A stretch of 62,580 nt of DNA, the filler included, from Platydemus manokwari (taxonomy: Eukaryota): assembly GCA_037951405.1 (NCBI GenBank). It is 5 parts of 5 records of this genome, joined end to end, with 100 filler letters (N's around TTAATTAATTAA, not from the genome) between each part and the next. Parts side by side here need not be neighbours in the genome. Positions count along the whole stretch, not along the records: positions 19,307 to 28,744 come from JBBMOY011249541.1; positions 28,845 to 51,133 come from JBBMOY011255873.1; 3 more parts are not named here. One strand, 5' to 3'. This document shows positions 27,419 through 41,649 of this stretch, one piece after another. The first letter of the stretch is position 1; every line of letters begins with the position of its first letter. The notes under the pieces were generated by a model that searched no databases, was not told the DNA's origin, and saw only the letters and a list, made by a program, of their open reading frames with translations. The translations under genes and the position numbers were made by a program.

Positions 27419-27780
27419 ATGGCAGAAGCAGATGGTGATGTTAAATTTTCGCTTATTAATAGTGCTTATAGTTAGTCATGCAATAGTGTACCAGAGTTGT
27501 GCCAAAGCTTGCTAAGAATTTCAAAAACATTTCAATCCTGCACCACTAGCTAGAACATCAGTGCAATACTGGAAACGAAAACCTGAATAAACTAGAAACT
27601 TATTCACTAGGTTGCCATCAGGAAGGCGGTCTGATGAAATCGTCAAGGAAAAGGTGATAAATTTTATAAAAGATAATGATGGCACAAATCAACGAGAAAC
27701 TGCATGAGTGTCTATGACTTCACAAACTACTCTGTTCACAGATAAATCAAAGAAGAAAAAATGAAACCTTTCAAATATTC
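27419..27780 (+). mobile_element. Tc1/mariner-superfamily transposase N-terminal HTH remnant
   Basis: HFNPAPLARTSVQYWKRKPE*TRNLFTRLPSGRRSDE..VINFIKDN..QRETA..SQTT..MKPFK resembles the bipartite HTH and SGRP linker of Tc1-like transposases. Confidence 0.6.
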
Positions 27781-28673
27781 TTTCTTTTAGTTTTAGAGAT
27801 GGATACTTATGAATCGCACGGTATATTATTCGAATATATATATATAATATGAGTTGGTTCGAAGCGAAGAGAATCAACATAAAGAAAATTTTGTTTTCTT
27901 AATTTTACTTCTTTTCTTTTCTTCTTCAATATGTAAAATTATATTAAATAAAATTATAAATGTTTAAATAATTTATTTTAACGAAACTATTTTTGTTTAT
28001 TCATTTTTTATATTTCACTCTTTCCTGAAAATCAATTAACAAAAATCTTGAAATCAATAGGAGGATAAAAACATCACAAGCGGATAATTAACGAAAACGG
28101 AAATTATCCTTTGAGCGAAATGTGATACAATCAGATTAAATAAAATGAAATACCTAAGTTGCAGCATGCAGTGCTTAAAGGAAATAGCTCTAATCACCCG
28201 TGGGAAACATTTAAAAGTAATAATGAAATATTTGTGTGAAGTCAAATATTATTAGCCAAACAACTCTACAAATAGATGAGCTTATATGATTACTGGTATC
28301 GTGCTAAGTGCAAGTTGTAAGGATTGCAATAGAAGTGCCATGGTGTATGGTATAAGATATTGTGTATATTGTTATTCTTTTCGTAAGTAGTTTGAAAGCC
28401 ACTAGTCCTATTTTTGTGGAATTCTTGGGTTAACTGAGTAACTACATATTTGTGGTACTGCAGGACCTGTGAAGTGCTGTTATTATAAATAAATATATTT
28501 TACCATTGTTTGTTAGAAATCCATTTGATAACCGAAGTAGATAATCAGTCAAATAAGTTTAAGAGGAGCATCAGTTCATACTAGCATCTAAAATAGACCG
28601 AACAGTTTTATAGAATTAAAAACAATTTTATAATTGACATTATTATTATTATCAATACTACGAGGAATATATA

Positions 28674-29000
28674 CCAGGTGTACCGGTATGAAATGAGCGT
28701 TTTTTTGTTAAAATGAAACACTAATTTTGAATGGAAAAGTAAAANNNNNNNNNNNNNNNNNNNNNNNNNNNNNNNNNNNNNNNNNNNNTTAATTAATTAA
28801 NNNNNNNNNNNNNNNNNNNNNNNNNNNNNNNNNNNNNNNNNNNNGATTAATTGGGATCGATAACGTTCACCAGTCATTGTTTCTGATGGTTTCAACATTT
28901 CATAATAAATCACCCCTTTTTCATCCCACCAGATGCACAACATAAGTTTTGACCCATGGATATTCTGTTTTGGCGTTGATGTACTCGGTTTAGATAACAT
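28674..29000 (-). mobile_element. Mos1-like mariner fragment (3' TIR plus catalytic-domain piece, interrupted by gap)
   Basis: TA followed by ccaggtgtaccggtatgaaatgagcgtt (28674-28701), similar to the Mos1 TIR. Right of the gap: HGSKLMLCIWWDEKGVIYYEMLKPSETMTGERYRSQL. Confidence 0.9.
28745..28844. other. Artificial gap spacer
   Basis: N44-TTAATTAATTAA-N44. Confidence 0.97.
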
Positions 29001-32000
29001 TCTTAAAGCTAAATGCCTTAAAGATAATCAAACAAAGTCAAAGTTATAATCTCAGAAAAACCAATAAGAACCATGGCAAACTGCAGATCTTATCGATGAA
29101 ATACATCAATAGGAAAAGCTTATTTTGGATAAAGAAAAGGGGTGTTGAAATAAAATTTTTAATCTGAGTGTATTTCAAAAATCTATATAGTTTATTTAAT
29201 AATATTCATTTTAAATTTTTTATTTAAGTACTTAAGAAGAGTTATATCTGTTTGAAATTAAGTATGGTATGTGATAGAGATTTAAATCTTCTAAAAATGA
29301 TTATTTAAAAAATAGGTCAAAGCAGGTCATGGCGCAAATTATTGAAAATTAGCGAGGATCTATTTTTAGTATGAATTAGATTTAGATATTTTTAAAAAAT
29401 ATTTTATATAAACAAATATTATTACATTTTAAGTATATCAGGAGTTTTCTAAGTGGATTTAATATTAAAAAATTTAAATTTGCAAATCAAAAATTCAAAA
29501 TCACATAGAAATGTTGTGATTGATTTGGTTTAAGAATTCTATTTTGTGTCTATTCAACATTGTACAAAGTGATCTAGCAACTGTACTACATGAATAAATG
29601 AAACATCATAAAAATTCTAAAAAAAATTTAATTTATAATATATAGATAGTTGATATCATGATATCTTCATATTTCCTTTCCAATGACGACGTGTGACAAT
29701 ACTGAAAGCAAAAATTACAAGATAAAAATTACCGCATTGTCCGAACTATAAAGCGCACATTAAAACAGATTTTTAGGATTTATTAAGACTGGAATATTAC
29801 AAAAAGATGCTGTTGATGTTAATATATGCGAATGTGACATTTTAGATGATGAAGAGCATTAAATCTTGTTATATATTTTTTTATTTAATTTAATATTTTA
29901 ATCAGTCAAAGACGGATTAATCATGCATAAATTCAATTGGAGGTCATGAGGAGGTCTTTCAAATTTATGTTAACCATTCAAATTACTTCATCAATACCCG
30001 AAACCGAGATATTGAAAACCATAGCAAATAAGAACAATTAACACTTCCATTTTTGATCTAAAATTTAACACTGTTATATACGAAATAAAATTTTTAAATT
30101 TCTTCATACATGAAAATTCGTCACGATAAAATTAGGTCAAAGGATCTCTCTTCTTGATTTAAGCCTTTATTTTTCTCGGTTTTGACGGCGTTCAATAATA
30201 TAAATATCGTTACATATATCTGAAGAATCAAAATTATGGCCAAGGTTTTGCGTTATCATTTTAAATCACTAGATTTTTCCCAGCTTTATCATTGAAATAC
30301 TTTGATAATCTTAAATAAATGTATTATTTCCCCTATTTATTCCAGGATATAATAGCCTTATGGTGTAGAATTCAGTTTTGTGAGTCAATTTGCCATGATA
30401 ATATGATTATAAATATAAAAATTATTCCTATCATAATAATTATTTTAATTATTCGCAATATCATGTCTGATTTGTAGACGTCTGAAACATAGAACTACTT
30501 ATAAGCCACATTAACTGGATTTATTAATAAAATAATCTCGTTGTGATAAATAGTTATCAACACTGATAATAGTTACTGGAATAATTATGCGTATATTCAT
30601 ATTTATTAGGGTATATATCATGAAATATAATATGAGGGGGATGAAATATTATGAAGTAATATACTAAAGGATCTAAGGCGATTCCATCTGTAAGAGAAGT
30701 CTCGCTTTTACTGAAAACATGTATTTAAAAAATCTTTAATTTGTCTCTTGAACAAAAACTCACAACAATCGAACGATCTTATTCTTCAATGAGGTTTCTA
30801 ACAAACAAACTTCCACCGTCTATCCTACCCAGTGTTCGAAATTGATCTGACATATAAAATAAGCGATAAATTATTATAATAAATTATGAGAGGTTCATAG
30901 TTTGAAATGGTGTATTTTATTTTATAAATTTGTGTATCGGTTAATTTTTTAAAAAATTGCATAAGGATAAATCAATAATGGGAATGTCTACCAAAAAGAC
31001 CTTGACATAGATAAAACATGTGTTAGAGTAATCATTGGTTGATCTATTAATTATCGAGCCATTGACAATCCCAATACGTGATGCACTGTTAGATCAATAT
31101 CGAAATGTAACGAAATTGAATAGGATATCGCTATCATTGGACATATGATTTGACTGGTTTATAATGAAAATATATTTATTTATTATTGAAATTTGAATTC
31201 TATTATCGTGTGAGTTTGTGAAAATCAATAATCTATATATTATAAAGCACCAATTAATATCAGAATCAACACAGGCCTATTGTTCTAATTGATCTAACAA
31301 TGAACAATCTCAGATTGATGAGATTATTATTATATTATTTATCCGCTGAAATATTATTTACAAAAAACCAAAAAGCGGTGAACTGTCTCTGTCTGGTTTA
31401 TAAAAATATAGACTGTAAATTGTTATTTTCACTTGAACTGTATTTAAGTATTAAAAATGTTTATTTTATATTAGAAATTATAGGTGGAAGTTTACGACAA
31501 ATTATCGACCAATGAGCTTTATGCTTTGTTGTGTCAGGATTTTTTATTTTTTTCTAATTTTTTTCAAATAAAAATTTGAAGACATTCTTAAATGTTTGAA
31601 AAATGTTGGAAGGCTTGATCATGCTTATGTGTATTGCTCATAGATAAGTCAGGTGCTTGAATCGTGCTTGTAATGGTATTTTTATAATAGTTTGGTCGTG
31701 TAGATGTTGGTGCATAAGTTATCATCAAGATTACTTTTATAATTTTTCTGTGTTAGTTAGAATGGTAGTAGATGTAACTTCGATTGTTTTCAAATAGTCA
31801 TCAGGCTTATCAATGCATCCTGATGACTTGAAATTATGTTTATAGTCTCAAGCAGTTACTCGTACTGTAAACTCCTAGGAAATTCGATTAATGTGATGCA
31901 TTTCCGTTTTAGATTACGAGCTACACAACAACTCACCGTTCATTCAAACCTTAAACAATCCAAAGCGAAACATTTCACAAAACTATCTCAAGATCTACAC

Positions 32001-32969
32001 TTCCACACAATATCCAGATTTGCCTCAACGATGGATTTTGATCATGCTCTGCCTATCTCAAATCGATGAAGCTTCGAAATTATTTATTATGGACTGCGTT
32101 GAATTGATCAAAGCCAAGAGATTGCCAATAACAAATGAAATAATGAAGGAGTTGTTTTCTCCATATCTCTAATGCTCAATTCTGTCAACCCAAATTTATG
32201 CCTCAACAGATGGTTTGCTTGTCTCTAACGGGCTATTTTTGTCTGATATCATATCATTGTTTATTATTATCTAGGCTAATAATCAAGTACATATAAATGT
32301 ATGTGTGTATGATTGTTTATGAATTTCTGGAATTGCCGTCAGCAAATAAATGTATTTCTGTTTTACAAATTTAGATGTGTTTTCATTATTCCTCGGTTTT
32401 TTACAAAATATAATTTTCAGTAGACTCGTTTGGGATTTTTTCTTGATATAGAATTCTTTGGGAAAAGTTTATGTTCAAGGCTTATGCTAACAGATCAAGG
32501 ATCTTTGAAAATGAATAACAATTTATCTATAATTCAGAACATGTCAACTGTAATAATTATTATTTTTATTATTATTAATCTGATTTAATGCAATAACATC
32601 TAAATTTTCTTATTCAAAAAAACTTTGAGATGACATTTTGTCTGATTTATGAGAATATTTTTCTATATATTTCTAAATAATTAAGAATCCTATCTTTAGC
32701 TTTAAGATAATGCCTGACATACCGATTGTGTCTCTTTATTTTCTCTTAATAACGTATAATTTCCATTTATATCTCATTTCTCTCAATTATTTTGACGTTA
32801 TTAAACTAAAAACATTATTGTTTCAGATGATATACATGTTGTTGTATGCGCATTTGTTTAAATAACTGAAGCCATGTAGAATAAATAAAATTTTAATATC
32901 ATCACAGATCTTATTTGGCATCACGAGCAGATCTAGAAATATTATAATAGCTCATCTTATTTTTAAGGA

Positions 32970-33190
32970 GCTGACTATTTTAAATGGTGAAGATATGGAT
33001 GAGTTTCTTTCATCATTTGACGAATACACTGAAGCCATGCCAAATCCTGAAAATTTGAAAATCAGGTTTTTGTTAAATTAAATAGATTCAATGATAGAAT
33101 TCGAGACAAAATCCAAATTGAATTACAAAGGTGATTTAGCTGCTGTTAAGACAATACTTGTTGATATGCACAGAAAGACAAAATATGCAA
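32970..33190 (+). mobile_element. Gypsy-type gag-like fragment
   Basis: LNGEDMDEFLSSFDEYTEAM..KIRFLLN*I resembles the gag F.G.D...FL..F motif. Confidence 0.35.
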
Positions 33191-33314
33191 TTACATTATA
33201 TATGTTTGGTTTTGGGGCCTATGACAATTTTTACATCTGACAGTAATCGCATGTATTAATGTATAATTTTTATTTTTTCATGAAAAACATTTTTATGGAA
33301 ATTCTAGGAGACTT

Positions 33315-33826
33315 TGTGACCAACGGGAATATAATATATAATATAATATAGTACAAAATATTATAATATATAATTTAAACCCCAATTTATAATCCCCATA
33401 AGTAACCCGGCATTGATATAACAAAATTAAAACCATTAAAATTACCTTATAATAAATTCACTAATTAAAACAACACATACTGAATTTATCTATGAAATAA
33501 TCAAGCAGAATAAGTTATCGCGCACAGCGAATAAATCATCCAGCTAGAATTGAATAATATCGATGCATTAAATAAAATAAATTACCGCGCATTTAATCGC
33601 AGAGAATTTTTCTCTGCCACGATAAATCCCGGTGCATTAAACATATATGTACTGCATTAAATTCACAGAGAATATCTACTGGAAGAACAAATAGTAAGAT
33701 AATACATTTAAAATCATATATTAAATTACTTATACCGCATATTCTCCATACTTATCGAGCCAAGCTGGGAAAACCCTATTGAAACGGATACTGGCCCAAT
33801 ATTACGAAGGATTTTGTTGGTCCACA
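33315..33826. mobile_element. Putative solo LTR
   Basis: TG...CA ends with inverted termini tgtgaccaac / gttggtccaca; flanks actt/attt (4-bp TSD with 1 mismatch); internal AATAAA. Confidence 0.45.
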
Positions 33827-34599
33827 ATTTCCTTCCCTGAATTGAATTCCAACGTTAATGTATATATAAGTAGTTTAAAAAAATTATAGTTGTATGAAAG
33901 TATTAAATCTTGTATGAATGTATAAAAATATTGAATAATGTGTATCATTTAATTTCTAAAATACATACTTAGGTGTTAAAAATAGTATTTATATTCATTG
34001 GCATTGGATATTCATAGGATTCATAAATTCATTATTAAATAATCATCATCATTCATCATCTTTTAAAGTTATTCTGGTACATTATTAAATACGATTATAA
34101 CAAACCGAAAAGGCAACAAATAAACCAATAGTAGAGATCCAGAATAATAAACAAGTAATATTGGTGAATGGTATGCCGTTGGAAGATGGTGATAATTTTT
34201 GTAAAAGCTAGGGTGGTTGGAGGAAAAAGCAGGAATGTGGATAGATTTTAGGAGTATTTTGTACGTGATATGAGAAACGTAGCAAAGAGAGATTTGATAA
34301 TATTCGTTAAGCTCCTCAAAGCACATAACATATACTTTTTGATAAGGATGAAGGAAATTGAGAATGGCACATAGAAGAGGTATACTGGAATGAATTTAGA
34401 TTGGATATAATAGATAATTGAAAGAAACTATTAAGACATTGGGAATATAAATGGATTGTATCATCTATGTTTCGAAAGGAAAGAAAGTTAATTATATGAG
34501 ATATTAAAAACATTGAGAAGAACTTAGCTAATAAATCTAATCCTGAAAATTAGAATTATTTGATGAGGGGTTTATCAAAATTCACAAACAGTTTTATTC

Positions 34600-36050
34600 C
34601 AGGTCCAGAAGACTTGGGAATACGCGAGATAGTAAATCATAATATCAAAACATATACTGACCAACCAATGGAAAGTTTTTAATCCAAGTAATTTAGCGTG
34701 GAATCTTCCAATAATTCTAGTAAGAAAAACCGATTAAGCGCCTAGAATGTGTGTGGGAAGCTAAATGCAGCTACGTCCAGACCCATTTTTCTGATTCCGA
34801 ATTCCTAAGTATTTGATGTTGTATACGATACCAAATATTTTCAATTTTTCAGAAACTTATGTATGTCATATTGAAGACCGAAAGTGGGACAAACTGCGAA
34901 ATATATCTGGATGAAAATTTTACCTCGAATCGTTGAGGCTGAGTTAAAAATAGCTTCAAAGAAATATTTTTTCTTAAAAAATAAATTAGGCATTTAGGTC
35001 ATGTGAATGACGAAAACGGAAAACGAAGAGATGAAGACAATTTTTATATAATTAGAAATTTATCAAAATCTCAAAATGTCAAGGAACTACAGAGATTTCT
35101 GGGATTATGTATGGATTATGTATATGGAAAGCAGAGCTGGAGATATTTGAAATGGATATATAATTTAAGAAAAGAAAACATAAACGCAGATGCAGTATCA
35201 CGATTTTCTCACTGTGAAAATGCGCAAAGAATCACAAAAATTCATAACAAAGATAAAATATGAAGATGGACTATAAAAAACGGAGAGGATGAAAACGTGT
35301 TGTGCTGAGTGGAACGAGATAATATTTTAGAACATAATTAAAATGAAGAACTGAATTTGGTGATAAAAACAATTCTCAGTGAAAGTCACATAGATTTATA
35401 AAAAATACAAAGTTATAAACAATGTGAAACAAAAAAGAATACTTCAAAATTAGAAGTGAGGCATTATACTATGAAAATAACAGAATTTATATTTTTTTAT
35501 TACACTGAGTCACTATATGTAGTGTTTGAAATTAGGACATGTCGGAAACTATAATCAAGTAAAGAAAATCGGAAATCGAGATAATATTTCAAATGGTGAT
35601 GTATATAGGGACAATGAAACAAGTATTGAAAGCATGAACAAGTGACCAAATCCCATATGCAGAAAATTGTGATTCAAAATAGAGAACCTCTAAACACTGG
35701 CGAGAGAATGAAGAGGTTTATCAGAAATAGGAAACCTCCAAGATGCCTGAATTCCCTAGACACCAGGTCTTCCGAAGACATTTGTTTAAATACCTGAAAC
35801 ATGGTAGAATAGACAAAATCTTATTATTATTACAAGTCAAATACCAGACCTTATTTGACTTTTGTTCATAAATTGATTGCTTTGATCTTATAAGTAACAA
35901 ACTTATGAGACAAAGACGTGCAAAGAAAATAGCACAAAGAAAATGGATTGAAAGAATTGAATGAGATATCATACAGATCACACCCAAAACAAGGATCGAA
36001 AGACAATAAAATATAGGTATAAAAACAATGGTAAAAATAGCAGCTTTGCA
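34600..36050 (+). mobile_element. Ty3/Gypsy pol remnant (RT, RNase H, integrase)
   Basis: WNLPIILVRKTD*APRMCV..KLNAAT (RT start), KSQNVKELQRFLGLC, KENINADAVSR (RNase H end); internally deleted. Confidence 0.8.
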
Positions 36051-39000
36051 CTTAAAATATCAAACCCTCAAAATCACTTTGCATAACTTTAAACAATCAG
36101 TCACGTTAAATATTATACTAACGTAGAGCGCTAAATGCCATTGTGGAAGATTTTGATATGTTTCAAGATCTGCTAAAGATCAGTGATTATGGTGCCTTTA
36201 GTCCTAACTATCGATAAACTAATAAATAGGGCTCCTACTTGTACAGTCATAAGAAGCAATCCTAAAATCTTACACTTCTATTATTATAGAACCAAACAAT
36301 AGAAATTATCAAAGCAAATTCATGCTTAACTTTCGTGTTTGGTTATTTGTAAAAAATAATATTTCTATTTCATCTCAATTTAATTTGAGTCATATTCCAT
36401 TTTATTGATTCTAATTCTTGTGTTACGTGTAATAACAATTATATTTTATTTAAATCAAATTATTTCTACCATTATTCATTTATAATTTAAGCTCTTCTTC
36501 TGTTCATAATATATATGCATAATATGCATAATATATATGCATATATATGTTCATAATATATAATAAAATTGTTCACAAAATAAATTAAACCTCACTTATT
36601 AATTTAAATTATAGGATATTGATGATTAATTAAATTAATTTTCACATATTTTTCAATTTATCTTGCTCTGTAGTATATTAAATCACAAAGCTTGTTAAAC
36701 TGTTGTCTCTCTTATCGTCTTCATACGATATAGAAGCCCAAGGTGAAAAAGTTATTCTCACAAGGTAAAATTGCACCTGAGGTTTTAACCAGAAGCTTAC
36801 TAAGACTGACTTAGACAGCGGTTATCCTAGATTCAAAATCATTCAGTAAGATATAATAAAACACTAATAAGGCCCGAATGCAACAATTATTTTACTTTTA
36901 TTATTAATTCCCTTTTTCTTTGTTTAATTTTATTCTTTTTTAAATATTATTATACAAACTAATTTATCTTTATTTTAATAATTTAATTCTCGTAGATAAT
37001 TATATATATTTTATATATTATCATTTACGTACATATAATTAGAATTGTATCATATAAGAAAAGTCAGATAAAATTAAGACAAAGATGTGAATCTGTTTCA
37101 TTATCGGTGAAACAATATTGAGAAACTCTCTATGTTTCCTCGGCTACTGTACTGCAAAATTGATACAAAATTGTGCCCCAAATAGAAAGGAAAAAGATAT
37201 GAGTGGAGAATTAATTTAGAAAAAGTTAAATGATCTTCGAAAACCTTGACTCGATTAATTGTTTGTCAAAAGATTATATTTCCTATTTTTCTTTCTTCTT
37301 TTTTACTGCTTTTGTGTTTGACGGTTTAGTTAGTTATTTATTTTCTTTCTTAAACCAATTGTCATAACAACTAGGTAAATTGCCATGAATTATCAAGACT
37401 ATTTGCATTTTCATATTTATTATTTATTTATACAATTTGGTCGTTTTAAGTGTAATTACAAAGAGTTAATAAATTAATGTAATCGATATCATGGATATTA
37501 AATATAATGGAATTATGTTATTGTAATCAATATAATGAATATGTAAAATATAATGAAATTTTTATTGAGTACGGTTAACATTGAAAAGCAATTGATAGCA
37601 ATAGATTTGAATTGTTTTCAACATGGAATCGATTTGAGTTATATCTGAATTAAGTGGTGACCATACAAAGTGTCATTTGTCTTTGAGATAGAAGTAGACA
37701 AGCAGATGTATGGAATGTTGAAAAATATATTATACATGAATAATCATAATTATATGCATCATCACTTGGACTGGTTACAGATCAGCTGATATTTCAAAAT
37801 CTCAATTAGTTTTTACAGATTCTAGAATATGATGTCCCATTTATCTACCTTTCAGCTAAAATATTCTCTCACAAAGTCTATTTCGTTTATTCATAAATTC
37901 TCTACTACTCTTTATAAGAGAACTAACCCAGTACATATCTGTCCTAGCTTATCAATTTGTTCAGAAAGCCTTTATTTGTTGAGATCTTTCTGATGCGTAA
38001 TTTTTAATGGTTGCTTTGTCACTCTGATTTATAGTTTTAATATTGCGTAGAGCTTATTGTAAATTTCTATTTTGATGAGTGACTATAACTGGTGCTTGTC
38101 TATTTCCAGTTTATATTTTTATTATTATTTAAGGATTATCATATGTTTCCATCATATCTATTCTACAGATTTATTATTATTATCTCTCAGTTATTTTTTA
38201 TGCATATAATATTTAAGATTTTGTTTTCTTATACACAGATCATCAAAAATCAAAATATATAAGAATATTGAGTTCACTTAATAATAAATCGAAGTGTCAT
38301 GATATTGATGAAGTTTGAATATAATATTATAGTCCGGATTCTATTTAGATTCTGGATTGAAATTTTAAATAGGATTTTACTGATCAGGTAATTCCTCTGT
38401 TATTCAACTACTAACATTTATAAATATTTTAAGTTTAATGATCGTGGTTTTTATCGGTATTGATCTTTTGTACACAATGTGATGGAGACGTTGTAAGAGT
38501 TATGTTGAATTACATGTTAAGTGATAAAGTCAATCTTTTAGTCCATCTAATGTGCATTTAGTAGATACCAATTGCCTTTAGCTCCTAATTTAATTGGTTT
38601 ATTAATTTTAGTAGACTCATCGATTTTAGTTCTAGAATTAATGATTTTCTGATAGTTATATATATATATATATAAATCTTTTGGAGTCAGGTGTTCTTAT
38701 TAAATATTATCAATAAAATAAAATAGAGCCCAACTCAGCTATTTAATGGGTTTCGATACTCAATTAATTTCTCACGTAATTTTCATTTTGTTTTAATGTA
38801 AGTTATTTTAAACCGATAGACATAGTGAACCCAACAATACCTATTTTTAAAAAATCGAAGGTACTTTCAGTTATTCAAGAAAAAGTATTGAATATGATAG
38901 CCGCACGATACAATTAATTAAAAGTATGGAAAAACTTTTACTTTAGAGCAATCCAAATGAAAATTGTTTTTACGTCAGATGTCGAAATTTCTGAAATAAT

Positions 39001-39199
39001 CTTCTTCCCAATTGGCTTGTTTGCAGCGAATAAACTTCTCTTGTAGTGAAATTTGCTCGGATATAAAGTTTGTGCTGACGAGATATTGTGCGACTTACCC
39101 AAATATCAAGTTTGAATGCTGATTTACTGATCCCCAACTATCAGTTGGAAGCCGAGTTTTGTGCTGTTGTTATTTATTGACTTATGGAGTATTTTTTGA

Positions 39200-39298
39200 G
39201 TTTTTAGTTCTGCGGGTACTGATTAGTACGGTTCAGTGAAATAAAAATTTCAATTTTCAATTTTTTTGGACCTTAACAACTTAACATATCTCCCCCTT
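39200..39298 (-). mobile_element. Polypurine tract and start of a 3' LTR (minus strand)
   Basis: Minus strand aagggggagata followed by TGTTAAG. Confidence 0.3.
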
Positions 39299-41649
39299 AT
39301 GAAAACAAAACAAAAAGAGAAAAGAATTAGAAGGAGGAAAGGTACCTTTCGTGTCTATTAATATTCTACACCAATTAATGATAAAGTCCCATTACCTTGA
39401 AATGTATGGCCGATTACCTTTCCGTTATTGAAATAACATAATGATAATGAGATATGAATGATAATGATATATAAATAAGCATAATATCAGTAATGGTAAT
39501 GAGATATTGAGAAGTATATTGATAAAATAAGAGTAGAAGATAAGAAAATGACAATAATAAGATAATAATTTTAAAATTTATTAATAAGACACACACACAA
39601 ATTTAATTAAATGTAAAATCATACTTTAAAATTGTGGATGGAAAATTATTCAAGAGCGAAAATCAAGCCACAAGGCAAACATTTACAATTAAAGAAGAGT
39701 AAATATATTATGCAATCCTAGCAGTTTATGGGTCATTATTGTAACATTCATGGTAGCCTGGCGATTAAGCAGTAAACAAACAAATAAACAAAGCGTTTTC
39801 CTGATAATGGAAACTAACCAATGGTGGTAAACAAATAACACTTAGCAAGTAAAGGAATGCTAAAAAACGCACAGAAAATAAAAGAAATTTTAACTCAGAA
39901 AATAACGAAATCCAAGACCCTGTCGGGTTACATTAGACCCATAACTTCTGCAATCAATTACGAATTTAATCCATCTGATTTTATAATAATACACGTAAGG
40001 AAATTATAATCAATAAATTAACACAGCTAAAATTTACAGATTTCCAAAATCAGCTCTCCTCTGACCTTTTTTCTTCCTCCAGAGTTTTATGGCATAAGTT
40101 CCCAGCAAAAGTTGATAACATACTTAGGGCACCACAGCTTTACCATACTGATTTGATTGCAATAGCACTTTTTTATTTATATTGATTGGTGAATAAATCT
40201 GTTCAATTTCGATAATCATATTTATCATATCAGTATTCATATTAACAAGCAATCTATCCTTCCGCATTGATTGGTCAACTTACTCCACCCATTTCTCAGG
40301 TTCTAGCATCTGAACCATTAAGTACGCAAATTAACGGCAAGAAATTGTGGCTGATTTGAGTTAAACAATTCGCCTCATTTAAATTCCATCAGTATACAGC
40401 TCAGCGAGCTCTCTTTGATGATACCAAATAAATTGTCCAATGATTAATAATTTTGATTGCCTTCTATAATCAATAAAAATCCATTTTAATTAAAGGTTAT
40501 TTATAAAGTAAAATATTTAACATTACTCTCAAACAGCTTATTCCTTTAATCTCTGAAGTCATATTGTCGACTATAATAATCACAATCACATATTATCAAA
40601 ATTTAATAACAGGGATTGCAAAATTTAATAATAATTTAATAACTAAATCAGTGGTAATAGATTGCCGAACTGCCTGAATTGTTCGAACATTCATATAACT
40701 GAATAATCGTGCCAATTAACATCACGAGCTTCCAAGTAATTGTGTGATTATTTATCTCATCTTCAGTAAATAATTTAGCAAAGGTATTCACTTTTACACA
40801 CTGATCTTCAGAATCTCTACGAATTAATAATTTTATCAATTCGCCTTTCATTGTTATTTATTTTTCTTTATTATATTTTATCCTGCTCCATTTTACATTA
40901 TTAAACTTACATTATTAGGAAAGTATTACAAAGAAATCTGATAAAAATGTTCTTCACGACGCGGTGAGAAAATCCCTCAAAAAGGCTTTGAAATATATAA
41001 TATGTTTTTTATAGTTGTATTTTCCTGGTATGAGTGCGTATCTGTAACGTGTTTCGAGTGGTGGTAGCAGCAAATCTTTATGCTTCCCAGCGTTATTTTT
41101 ATTTTTTGGCTTTTTTCGGATGTAGATAAGAAGTTAGGTAGTGAATATTTTGGAGAAATTCGTTGTCATTGACAATTTGTGGACACTGTTATCAGATTCT
41201 TCGATCGAGTTTGTGTTGCGGATGTTAGTAGCGGCTACTTCGCTTGTAGTTGGTGTTTCAACAGAAGAACTCATTTTCCTAAAATTTATTTAATTACAAC
41301 ACTTAATACAATTTTTTAAACAAATTATAATTCCGGAAAGTTTCAATATCAATCTTTATCAGGCCTATATAACACTATTAAAATAATTTTAAATTATCTT
41401 ATTTTATATAATAAAATTTAACACACTATTTTTAAAATTTATTACCTTATTTATTATTTAAAGTAATCTTCTTTAGAATCATTATTTAAAATAATGATTT
41501 TAAAATTACTTAAAAATTATTTTGAATTATTTTGAAAATTTAAAATTATTATCATTTAATTAAAATTAATGCTCACAACTAACACACCCTGGCATATTTT
41601 CTCAGCTCAAGAAACAAAACTCATAATGAAGAACAGAACACAATGTATC

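Noticed and set aside
37711-37733. miR-1-like TGGAATGT
   Set aside because: No upstream complementary arm.
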